Source of the DNA: Craspedostauros australis
Lineage: Eukaryota
Direction: 5' to 3'
NCBI GenBank assembly: GCA_030167865.1
Contig: JALAGF010002785.1
Location: forward strand, 1 to 45,191
Length of the DNA stretch: 45,191 nucleotides
Positions within the stretch are counted from its first letter, which is position 1. Each line of letters opens with the position of its first letter. Of this stretch, positions 33,385-43,067 are shown one piece after another. The position numbers were made by a program, and so were the translations under genes. Under the pieces are notes generated by a model. The model worked only from the letters and a program-made list of their open reading frames with translations, was not told where the DNA came from and made no database searches.

Positions 33385-33411
<27 letters not shown>
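33385..33411. repeat. (CTG)n microsatellite
   Basis: About 9 ctg units just downstream of the TPR gene stop. Confidence 0.9.
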
Positions 33412-33415
<4 letters not shown>

Positions 33416-33424
33416 TCTACAGCT

Positions 33425-36400
33425 TCAATGATGCCCATCCGCTTCACTCACATGCGTACTCATGGTATCCACAGTTTCATTACCATCCTGTCTGCTCATG
33501 TCCGAAAACAGCGCCTGGATTTTTCTGGTTGTGGTACGGGTCACCGGGTCGTCCTTGCCAAAGCAGGTCTGCTGGATGCTGCGCACCGTGCAATAGTGAC
33601 CTAACACGGCCTGGGCCTTCTCTGGACCTTGTCCCTTCAAAAGCTCGGCCAACTTCATGTGGAGCACAGCCAACGGGAGCTGCAGTTGCCCGATGGTCGT
33701 GCTTGCTTCCGCCGCAATGGCGCTCTCGTACCTGGCCTGTGCCATCTTGTAGTTATCCTGCTCCACAAGGACGTCTGCACAACGTTCATCGTCGATGGAT
33801 CTAGGCAGCGTTTCCAGGTAGCTGCGCGTGATCGTCGTCGTCCATCCCATCGTCTGGCAGACGCGGAGGATTTCGCGGCACGTATCAAGGATGTAACGTT
33901 GGTACGTGGCCTTCTCGGCGGCGAGATACTTGGAAAGCGCCAGGCGGTACCCACCCAACGCCAGCGACATGTGACCTTGTTGGTAGTACACGAATGACAG
34001 CTTGAAGTTGAGATCTCCCAGATCGACGATGGACTGCGTGTTGCGGGTGTGGCTGTCCTTGAGCTCGAAGCGGATGGCGTCCTTGTAGCTCGCCAACGCG
34101 TTGTCGAAATTGCCGCGGATGAGCGCCAGGTCGCCCTGCGCTTCGCAGTGGGCGGATTCGACCAGGTTGGCAATGTAGGTCTCCTTCTCTTCGATGCCCA
34201 GTATCTTGATGCACTTTCCAATCCAGGACGTGATGTTGCTGGGACCGCAGATGTTGAGCTTGTGGATGCCCAGCCTGCGCTGGATCCGGTAGCATCTGCG
34301 AAAGGCATCGATGGCCTGATCGGCCTTCATCATGTACCAGTAGCACCTGCCGAGGGCGAAGTAGGCCTCCTCCACGCCCTTGTTGGCCTTGCCGCAGTTG
34401 GATTCGCGCAGACGCAGGCAGGCGACGAGGTCCTTGACGGCCTCATGGTAGTCCATGACGTTCCAGGCTTCCATGGCGCGGTCGTAGAGATTGTCCGCAG
34501 CATCAAGAGATGACTCATTGTTTGTTGGCTTGAACATGATCGGGACGCCGCGCTGTGGAGACATACGGAGATTACGATGGAATGTTGATATGTTTGAGAG
34601 AGTGTGAGTGAGTGCGGGTGTGTGAGTTTGAGTGTGAGAAAGAATGTACATGGGCGCACGATATTGGAGCACATGCGAGCAGAGTAGTATGGATAGAAGC
34701 AGAGTTGGCGAATAACCAAGGCATAAAGCAAGCAAGCAAGCAAGCAATGGATGACATGCACCAAGTCCTATTATGGCAGAGCATGCGAAAGAACCACGCG
34801 CGCACGAACATCGAGCGCACAATATACGACATACATCGACCGCATTGTCGTGACGTACCAGATGAATACGACCAATACCCTTGAGGGTGAGGGAATTGCA
34901 TTCGTCGTGGAGGTGAGGATCCTCTTCGGTTGCGGTTGTTGCATTCTGAGTGACGTTGGCATTCTGCGTAAGAGTAGATGGCCATCGCATGTGCTGCTTG
35001 AGAACAGACTCCGAGTGCTGGATGGCCCGGCCGGTAGTGCCGTGGTTGTTGTCAATGCTGAGCATGGGAAAGTTGAGCTCGATGGAATGAAAGTTGGCCA
35101 CAAGATGCGTGCCGCCTACGACGTCGTAGGTATTGTGCTGCGTGAGCTTGTCGTGCAACGCGGCGGAAGATTCCTTGTCGTCAAAGACCTGGACGTCGGC
35201 AATCTCTTTGGCGAAGGAGACCCGCTTCGGCGGCGGCGTGGGCACCTTGCTGCTCGCATCATCGAACATGCTGCCTTCGCTGGTGGAGCTGCCATCATCG
35301 AAGGATTGCGCGAGTATGCGATTGTATTCCGTGGGCGCGAGGGCTTCGTAGGCGTTATTTGCAGTGCCGCTAGCACGAGAGAAGTTCCTACGAATCCTCT
35401 GCATGATTCTCGTCTTGCGTTTTTTGGTCTTGGTGGTCCTGGAACGCATGTTGCCTTTGGATCTTTCGGAACGCGTGTGAGCCTTGTGCTTGGATCGTTT
35501 GTCTCCATGCCCTTTCCGTCTATCGCGATGGCTGCTGCTGCTGTTGGTGGAGATCCTGTGCGATTGGCGAGAACGACCTCGTGAACTGTCATCGGCATTG
35601 GCATGGACCTCATACAACGCGCTGGCATCATCCGAGTGCTTGGAAGTGGCAGCAGCTCTGTCTCCTGGTCTGCCTTGGGCCTTGGATCCAGCCTGTCCAT
35701 CGCTACCATGGTGTTGCTCCTCATTCTGTTGAATGGTACGTGTCGGTCCAAACGTACTAGTACTGCCGCACTGAAGGCCGGCCAGGATGGAATCCAACGC
35801 GGTGCTGCATGAATTGTGAGACTTGGGATCCTCCTTGTTGCCATTCACGTGAGATGAGGACCTCCCATCGGCATCGGAATGCTTGTCCTCATGGTAGTAC
35901 TTCTGCTGCTGTTGCTGCTGCTGTCGACGAGGCGCTGGTGGTTGTGGAGGGATGCATTCCGGATCATTCTTTGTTGCCTGATTCTCCTTGGCATGGAAGA
36001 TGGCGTTGATGACCTTGGCCTCGAACTCATCGTAGTTGTCCCAGAAGGAGTACAGTGGCATCGATTCCATGTTGGTCTGCTGCGAAGCGTCATCCTCTTG
36101 TTCCTTGTGTGACATGTGCTGCCGCATGGTCTTTCCACGTTGCGATGCTTCCACTCTGCGTCCTCGTGCCGTCTGCCATGTGCTACCGTACGTCGAGAGG
36201 CTGTCATCGCTGCTGAGGATGCTGCCGACGTATCCGATCTCATGGACGCTGTCCACCTTGCTGGAGTTGCGTCTGCGGGTTGTGGCGACGGATGAATCGA
36301 AGGAACGGCCGGGACGTGCGTGCTGCGCTTCTGGAGAGCCATCGTTGCTGCTGACATCCGTGTCCACGCCACGCGGCGGTGTGCACATGTTGGCATTGTA

Positions 36401-36556
36401 GGTCATGCGAGTGGAAGCAGAGACCGGCTCACTCGAACCGCAGGTCATTGGAAGGCAGCCTTTGGAAGTTCCGTGACGGAATTCTCCCTCTGCCAACGAA
36501 TCAGCATCGTCATTGTACATCAAGGTGCTGTCCAAATGGCACAGTTGGCGGAACAT
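33425..36556 (-). CDS. TPR-repeat protein with long disordered N-terminus; probable intron 34858-34553
   Basis: C-terminal TPR helices (AYFALGRCYWYMMKADQAIDAFRRCYRIQ; GDLALIRGNFDNALASYKDAI; LGDLNFKLSFVYYQQGHMSLALGGYRLAL; FGKDDPVT). Donor CTG|GTACGT at 34858 and acceptor CCACAG| at 34553 bracket a low-GC, microsatellite-containing segment. Confidence 0.85.
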   Translation of the reverse strand: MFRQLCHLDSTLMYNDDADSLAEGEFRHGTSKGCLPMTCGSSEPVSASTRMTYNANMCTPPRGVDTDVSSNDGSPEAQHARPGRSFDSSVATTRRRNSSKVDSVHEIGYVGSILSSDDSLSTYGSTWQTARGRRVEASQRGKTMRQHMSHKEQEDDASQQTNMESMPLYSFWDNYDEFEAKVINAIFHAKENQATKNDPECIPPQPPAPRRQQQQQQQKYYHEDKHSDADGRSSSHVNGNKEDPKSHNSCSTALDSILAGLQCGSTSTFGPTRTIQQNEEQHHGSDGQAGSKAQGRPGDRAAATSKHSDDASALYEVHANADDSSRGRSRQSHRISTNSSSSHRDRRKGHGDKRSKHKAHTRSERSKGNMRSRTTKTKKRKTRIMQRIRRNFSRASGTANNAYEALAPTEYNRILAQSFDDGSSTSEGSMFDDASSKVPTPPPKRVSFAKEIADVQVFDDKESSAALHDKLTQHNTYDVVGGTHLVANFHSIELNFPMLSIDNNHGTTGRAIQHSESVLKQHMRWPSTLTQNANVTQNATTATEEDPHLHDECNSLTLKGIGRIHLVRHDNAVDVCRILCARCSCARGSFACSAIIGLGACHPLLACLLALCLGYSPTLLLSILLCSHVLQYRAPMYILSHTQTHTPALTHTLSNISTFHRNLRMSPQRGVPIMFKPTNNESSLDAADNLYDRAMEAWNVMDYHEAVKDLVACLRLRESNCGKANKGVEEAYFALGRCYWYMMKADQAIDAFRRCYRIQRRLGIHKLNICGPSNITSWIGKCIKILGIEEKETYIANLVESAHCEAQGDLALIRGNFDNALASYKDAIRFELKDSHTRNTQSIVDLGDLNFKLSFVYYQQGHMSLALGGYRLALSKYLAAEKATYQRYILDTCREILRVCQTMGWTTTITRSYLETLPRSIDDERCADVLVEQDNYKMAQARYESAIAAEASTTIGQLQLPLAVLHMKLAELLKGQGPEKAQAVLGHYCTVRSIQQTCFGKDDPVTRTTTRKIQALFSDMSRQDGNETVDTMSTHVSEADGHH

Positions 36557-36558
36557 GG

Positions 36559-36668
36559 TGATGTGATAGTGATACCCAATGCCTTATAGTGCGAGTAATG
36601 ATGTGATAGTGATACCCAATGCCTTAGAGTGCGAGTAATGATGTAAGGTGATATGATGTAAGGTGATA
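36559..36668. repeat. Compound minisatellite: 40-bp unit x2 followed by 15-bp unit x2
   Basis: tgatgtgatagtgatacccaatgcctta(t/g)agtgcgagtaa at 36559-36598 and 36599-36638 (1 mismatch), then tgatgtaaggtgata x2 (36639-36668). Confidence 0.95.
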
Positions 36669-36947
36669 TGATATGCTGATGGGAGGAATGCAATTGATGT
36701 GATCAATGAATGCAATGCCTGTCTTTAGTCAGCGGAGGCTATGATGCTGTTGCTGATGCTGTTGCCTTTGTTGATGAGAATGTGGAAGTGAGAGCAACAT
36801 GAGCTGCTCGTCGACACAAACACTCTGTGGGGATGATCGGTTTCTTCTGCAAGCACAATACTATTCTGCTGCTCATCGTATGGACGCGGTGCTCTATCTC
36901 CCGAACAGGTCGTCAGGCCGAGGACTGCCCTCCTTGGCCAACGGCTG

Positions 36948-36981
36948 GCACTCGTACTGAGCACTCGTACTGAGCACTCGT
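36948..36981. repeat. 13-bp tandem repeat GCACTCGTACTGA x2.6
   Basis: Seen directly. Confidence 0.85.
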
Positions 36982-37608
36982 GTGGATGCCGCCACCATCC
37001 ACAAAAACGAGCGCACTGTTCCGCACTCCGTGACAACTCAAACAATTTGTGAAGGGGCATCAGGTTCTTCACGGCGAATTCCTCGCGGTTCCCCCCAAGA
37101 CGAAACGTGGGAGAAGTAGGATGCACACTCGGCCGACTCTCCCCATGCCAACCGACGCCCAACGATCCGTTATCCCTCGCATACACGAGGGATATGCAGC
37201 GCAATGCTGATGGCCTTGGCGCCCTCGTTTGCACGAACAAGCAGAACAGAAAGCGAAACGCAATCTTGTGGAGCAAGCTGTCTGGCGCAGTCACAATGGG
37301 GATTTGCGCGCGGATTGTGTCCGTCATTCGAAATGGCGCTCGATTATAACATCACAATAACGTTCTTGCGACAAGGAGATAAAGATACCTTTTCGGCTTA
37401 TCCGTGAATGAATTATTGCAGGACTGGATGATGCCTCTTGCTTGTCTCCCCTTCACTTGTGTGGACTTGATGGGTGTGCATGGATGCATCATGTGACAAG
37501 GAGACAGAGAGGCATAGCTCGTACGTGGGAGCGATGGGATGCGGAAAGATCGGCAAGTATGCAACCACTCACAAACACATTCGAATAATCTTCACTTGTA
37601 TTATATTA

Positions 37609-38490
37609 TTACGGAGGATCGGTCACTTCGAGTTGGTAACACCAGGAGGCCTCTTCCGTCCCGACAATCAACCACGCACCGGCGCTGTGGGAAGAACTAC
37701 CATCGCGGGCGTTGATTGTGCCCCTGTCGGAATTACGAGTGATTGTGAGCTGGGCCACATCCATGCCCGATGAGCTGCCACGCGGTGCAAGAGTGCCCAC
37801 TTGCGGCGAGACGTCAACGCCATCAGATGCGATGAGGAACGCGTAGAACTTCTCCCACGATCGCTCCTCGTTGGCAATTGATATTGTGGTGGACGGAGAT
37901 GCAACAGACAACGTGATGCGCGTCGTCGGCGTCGCAGGATCCGGAACCGTGCTGCGCAGTCTCTCTGCCCATCGCGGCATGGGTTCGTTGTCGTCAATGG
38001 CATTGCCACCGTCGGCTGCGGCGCCATAGCATTCATAGTCTCCCGATGAGTATCCATCCTCCGCGAACTGCTGTCCAGCAAAGTTGATCGCGGGGTCGTC
38101 GAACTGGTACTTGCCGCCATGCAATCCCAGCACGACGTCGCCGATGCTCTGTTGTGATTGCTGTTGTGATTGCTGGTCTGGATAGCCGTTCGCAGCAGCA
38201 TCCGATGGAGCTCCACGCCAATCTCCACCGTTGTCTGCGTCGTTCTCGTTGTTGTTGACGTTGTTGTCGTTCCACGACGCAAACAGTTGCGTGCTGCCTT
38301 TCTCTGCTCGTAGATTGATTGTGGAGATAGGTGGCGAGACGAAGGCTTGAACGACCGCTTGTTGCTGGGTTGGAATCCACAGCAGGCAACAGGACACTGC
38401 GAATGCCACAGCAGCCGCCACCGGACGCGTGTTGGCGACTGAATATCTTGGACTCTCTGGCGGCGATCCGTCTCCCTCGTGCGTCATCAT
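37609..38490 (-). CDS. Hypothetical protein with likely plastid presequence and C-terminal beta-rich domain
   Basis: Hydrophobic stretch followed by VQA|FVSP and a transit-like segment ending TQLFA. Ordered blocks LHGGKYQF, MPRWAERL, ISIANEERSWEKFYA, VSPQVGTLAPRG, WLIVGTEEASWCY. Confidence 0.7.
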   Translation of the reverse strand: MMTHEGDGSPPESPRYSVANTRPVAAAVAFAVSCCLLWIPTQQQAVVQAFVSPPISTINLRAEKGSTQLFASWNDNNVNNNENDADNGGDWRGAPSDAAANGYPDQQSQQQSQQSIGDVVLGLHGGKYQFDDPAINFAGQQFAEDGYSSGDYECYGAAADGGNAIDDNEPMPRWAERLRSTVPDPATPTTRITLSVASPSTTISIANEERSWEKFYAFLIASDGVDVSPQVGTLAPRGSSSGMDVAQLTITRNSDRGTINARDGSSSHSAGAWLIVGTEEASWCYQLEVTDPP

Positions 38491-38882
38491 TGCTCTTATC
38501 TTTGTCAATTTGAATGTGAGCATGAGATAGATCTGGATGGACGAATGGGCGAATGGATTGATGAAAGGATGAATGAAGCGATAGAGGACGAAGGGGGACG
38601 ATGCTGTATTTCTTGTGTGGTGCGTGTGTTTGATGTGTTCCGTGTTGTGTCGATTTTCGTTGTTGTGCTCGTAGACTGTGGATTGGATCTAGAGAGCCTC
38701 CACTCAATCGAATTCGACCACATCAAGGTTTGATTTGTACGAGTACCATACTCGTATTGCATGTATAGTATAATACCATGCTCCACAATGTTCGGAGCTT
38801 GTGTGGATTGCAGAGCCCTTCCTTCAGGAGTTACTCTGGAGTAGTGCAATCCACCTTCATCTAACATCCCGTTCGCCCATTC

Positions 38883-39959
38883 TCACCCAGCAACGTAGTA
38901 CGAGTAGTTGTGAACTCGGATTTCATGTCCACAATTGTGCTTGGACGAAGGCCGCTGTCGATGCTGATGTAGCTGTAGCTGACCAAGATTTGCATCCACG
39001 TCCGCACCCTCGGATCGAAGGAAGAGGACTGTTGCTTTGGATGTGGCAGCAGCGTAGATATCCTTCCAATCGTACGTTGCTTGCCGTTCAACCAGGAAGG
39101 CTGCCTCGATGGTGGTGCCGACCGGGATGTCCGCCACATGCTTTGCGTATTCGTCGAACACCAAGCGCTTTGCATTGGAAGGCGGCGACAACGTGATGCC
39201 TTCTGTTGCAAAAAGGTCCGTCTGAGACAACAAGGTGCAATCGATAACCTCGATGGCATTGGCAGTGGCAGGATCCACATCCCACCGTCTCATGCGTTTG
39301 GGATCCTTGCGGAAGGACGATGCTTCAAAGAAGTCCTTATGGAACAGCGATTCGATGATGCGTCTCGCCAGTGTGCGTCGTGCATGGCAGATGGCATCGT
39401 CATCGTCTGTTTGGTCCAGGGCAAGTAGAGGTTGCACGAGGTCGAAGTCGTTGGGCGAAATCTGCGAAACAGATCTTGTGTTGTTGCGTCCTACCCTCTT
39501 TTCATCGTAGAATGATGTCATGGTGATTCTGTAGGGTCCAGTGTACTCGTAGTGGTGCTCATGGTTGTCGGGCTGTTGCATGTTCTGGCCTTTGTTCGTT
39601 GCTTCATCAGATGGAGCTGATGTTATTTCTGTTGGTGTTGGTAGTGTCGGAGATGACTCTTTGGTCCTTGTCTGCTGTTCAGGTTTTAGCAGTTGTTGCG
39701 TTCTTTGACCTCGAAGGGTGGTCACAGTTGATCCACGCACACTGCGATTGCTATTGGAGGATCCAACAGCACCACTGCCATTACTCGCACGACAACGAGT
39801 ACGGCTGTTTGCAGCAGAAGATACCCCCGACGATGGTGCGAATGAAGTGCTCTTTGCATTGCTGAGATGCAGCCGCTTCTGACTTGCAGCGATGGCTTTC
39901 TGCCTTGACGATGTTGTTGAGGCACTGTACAACCGATCGAACACTGATTGGCTTGGCAT
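38883..39959 (-). CDS. Hypothetical protein (358 aa): basic Ser-rich N-terminus and globular C-terminal domain
   Basis: ORF from ATG. N-terminal SVFDRLYS motif; C-terminal ordered region (ARRIIESLFHKDF, RWDVDPA, ERQATYDWKDIYAAATSKATVLF, IRVHNYSYYVAG). Confidence 0.75.
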   Translation of the reverse strand: MPSQSVFDRLYSASTTSSRQKAIAASQKRLHLSNAKSTSFAPSSGVSSAANSRTRCRASNGSGAVGSSNSNRSVRGSTVTTLRGQRTQQLLKPEQQTRTKESSPTLPTPTEITSAPSDEATNKGQNMQQPDNHEHHYEYTGPYRITMTSFYDEKRVGRNNTRSVSQISPNDFDLVQPLLALDQTDDDDAICHARRTLARRIIESLFHKDFFEASSFRKDPKRMRRWDVDPATANAIEVIDCTLLSQTDLFATEGITLSPPSNAKRLVFDEYAKHVADIPVGTTIEAAFLVERQATYDWKDIYAAATSKATVLFLRSEGADVDANLGQLQLHQHRQRPSSKHNCGHEIRVHNYSYYVAG

Positions 39960-41045
39960 GATGGTGGTCTGCTTGTGCTATCGACTTGCTGGTTGACTTG
40001 CTGGTTGAATGGTTTGCTTTGGTGTCTCCAGTGTCTTGCTTGTTGCTGTTTCCATCCGCTTCCCTCTCTTTTGTGGAGAATGGTTTCGCAACAAGAAGAT
40101 CACGAGCGAACCCAAGCATGCGAACGCTGTTCCTGAAGCATATTTCTGCGGAAGAGGACTTCGCCCCGTGGCGGTCTTGCCACACTGAGTCTATTCTACG
40201 GCGAGTCTATTCCATTACTCTATTGCTCCAATGCATCATGCTCTAGTTTCTATGCTGTGTAGAGTGTTCAGAGTGCACCAAACACCGCCATCGTTGACAG
40301 TACTCGCCTCGTCTCCGTGTTTTTCGATTGGATTTTCATCTGTTTGCTTCGAGCGATGGATGATGTTCGTCCATGATGTAATAATACTAGCATAATATAA
40401 CGTGATATTGTAATGACATGACATTGATTGCTGGCGCTCCATTCTCGGCGCATCAGTTGCGTTTCCAACTCGTTTGCCCAATCCAAGCTGAATTGCGTGC
40501 GAGCAGTCGCTGGTGCTCATCACAATGCGTATCCATCGCAGTAGGAAGACTCTTCCACCCGCGCCATGTCCAAATGCCTGGGGCTGATGTTTGAGTTGAG
40601 TCGAGTGGAGCATTGTTCCAACATCTCACGGGCGCTGTCTTACTCGCACCTGAGAGAGAGAGAGAGAGAGAGAGAAGAAGAAGGACTCACCGGGAGTGAC
40701 GTGTGGAGAAGAGAACGACTGCGTGAGAATCCGCGCTTCATGAATGGTACCACCACCAAGTTCTATTGTATTGTACAAGTATCACACTCGAACTTGCATC
40801 TTGTATCCCAGCACATCGTATTGTAGCACTCTCCAGGCAGCACTTGCAATGACTCACGAGTCAGAAAGAAAGGTTGTGTTCAGTGACAAGTATAGTATGA
40901 CCAAACCCAACAGAATTTGACTCCGTCTGTTGGGTTCGGCGCCGTCATGAGTATGCAATGCCATCTCCTGGCTAAAGGAAATTGGTCATGCGGGTGTTCA
41001 TCATTCTCGTGAGGTCATCTGTGTGCTGCACTGCTGCATAGCGAA

Positions 41046-41092
41046 GTGTATAACATGGTGCATAGCATGGTGCATAACATGGTGTATAACAT
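41046..41092. repeat. 12-bp tandem repeat GTG(T/C)ATA(A/G)CATG x~4
   Basis: gtgtataacatg gtgcatagcatg gtgcataacatg gtgtataacat. Confidence 0.9.
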
Positions 41093-42326
41093 CCAAGTGC
41101 TGGAAGTGGAACTTGTTGGTGTTGCACAGGTAGAATGCAAGGCAGCCAGCGGGATCGCCCAAGGAGAACTTACCAGTGATGTCTATTTGACTCCACCAAA
41201 CTCCAATTCAATCCATTCTCATGACTTCCTGGAGGCGTTGGCAGCAACAATGCAGTTCCAATGGAGCCCGAAGCAAGGCATGCAGTCGCATCATGATCGA
41301 GAAGTGCGATCTGCGGACCTTGTCAGTGCTGGATGGTCATGTCTGATCCATCCGCAGTGTCCAAAGTCTTGGTCGTTTCAAGTTGGTTGCGTCATGTCGG
41401 CAGAGCACGTATCGTTACTTCCGAAGATGCGTTGAATGTATTGGATGCCTCTGTTCTTTGCAGAAGACGATGCTCTCAAAGGACTGCTCTCATCTCTTTG
41501 TGGCTTCTTGGTGTGCGGTTTCTTGGTGTGGTTTCTTGGTGGGTGGTGCAGCCACAGCATGGGAGTAACAGCACAGAAACGACAACAGCAACAACAAGAG
41601 AGGCGATGAGATCTTGTTTGGACATCGCGATCTTTCCATGTTCGATTTCCAGATCGTTTGGTGGATGGTGATTCTTTTTCAAGATCTGTGCAGAGAGATT
41701 CCAGATTCCATCACAAGCTTAAGTCTGGGATGGCTGATGGATTCGTGATTCAAAGATACTATCTTGATTGGTGGTCGTCAGATCGGAGGAAGGTGAGAGA
41801 AAGACACGGATGTCGGCGTTTGTGACAGCCACAGAAGTGGTGTCAAGAGGGTGAGAGGGGGACGAGTGAGAAAGCAAAGGTCGGCAGACACAGAGGAACG
41901 GAGGCGCGAGAATGGGAGGTGGAAGAGGGGAACGCGAAGACGATGCAGAGTGGCCAGATCGCACCAACGACATCGACATCGTATGATCGCATGATCGTCG
42001 ACAGTGGCATCAACAACAACATCATCAACATCAAGATCCACACAAATACAAATACGATCCTGCAAAGGCAATCGCATCCGCAGCCATCACAACGACGGTT
42101 CCCAGATTCTCCCTGCGTGCCACCGTTGCTGCTCTTCCGTCCCCTGTATTCCCCGTCGTGCCAATCGTTTCCTCTGGCGATCATCCGCTGGATCGACGAA
42201 GCGAGAAACGAATCCAATCCCACGCTATCCTTTTCAGTCTAGGAGCGACAGTGTATTCCATTGTATAATTCCATTGTCCAACCCCACACAACACAGCACA
42301 ACACAGCACAACCCAACACCTGAATC

Positions 42327-43067
42327 ATGACGAGCCTGAACTGGTCCGACGAAAGCTCCGCCGCCATCACCGAACTGCGCAACGATGGCAACGTCGACGC
42401 CGACTTCGTCATGTGCACGGTCCAAAACCCAAAGAAGAAGCCCACCATGGTGCTGGCCTCCCCGGACCACGCCGGCAAGGGCGGCCGTGACAAGGTGGAG
42501 GCCATCCTGTCGTCCGGCGACGTCGACGATCAGGTCATGACGGGCGCCTTCCTAGCGACGGCCATCGACGAGCGCGGTTCCGTGGTCTCCACGCGACGCA
42601 AGTACATTCACGTCCTGTGGGTGGGTCCCAGCGTCGGCGTCATGGTCAAGGGCAAGGTCAATTCCATGAGCGGCGCCTTTCGCGATCAGTTCTCTGGCTG
42701 CGCGCTCTACCTGCAGCTCATGGGGGATCTAGACGATCTCAAGGCCGACAAGCTCGAGATGGATCTGCTTGCTTGCGGCGGCGCGCACAAGCCGACGCGG
42801 TACTGCTTCACCAACGAGACGCTCGTGGCTTCCACTGCGGGAGGATCAGTGTCACCTGACAGGAAGAAAGCGCCCGAGCCTGAGCCTGAACCGGAACCTG
42901 AGCCAGAGTCTGAACCGGAGCCTGAACCTGCCGAGGAAGAAGTGGATGAAGTTGCAGAGGAGCTCGCGGGAGCAGCGATCGAAGATCCAGAAGAAGAGGA
43001 AATAGTTGAAGAGGAAGTCGAAGAAGAAGTGGTAGAGGAAGAAGAGGTATCCGAAAAGGAAGAGTAA
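42327..43067 (+). CDS. Coactosin-like ADF-H actin-binding protein with (PE)n linker and Glu-rich tail
   Basis: AITELRNDG..DFVM, GKGG, RRKYIHVLWVGPSVGVMVKGKV and LLACGGAHKP match the coactosin/drebrin-type ADF-H pattern. Followed by PEPEPE repeats and poly-Glu. Confidence 0.82.
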   Translation: MTSLNWSDESSAAITELRNDGNVDADFVMCTVQNPKKKPTMVLASPDHAGKGGRDKVEAILSSGDVDDQVMTGAFLATAIDERGSVVSTRRKYIHVLWVGPSVGVMVKGKVNSMSGAFRDQFSGCALYLQLMGDLDDLKADKLEMDLLACGGAHKPTRYCFTNETLVASTAGGSVSPDRKKAPEPEPEPEPEPESEPEPEPAEEEVDEVAEELAGAAIEDPEEEEIVEEEVEEEVVEEEEVSEKEE

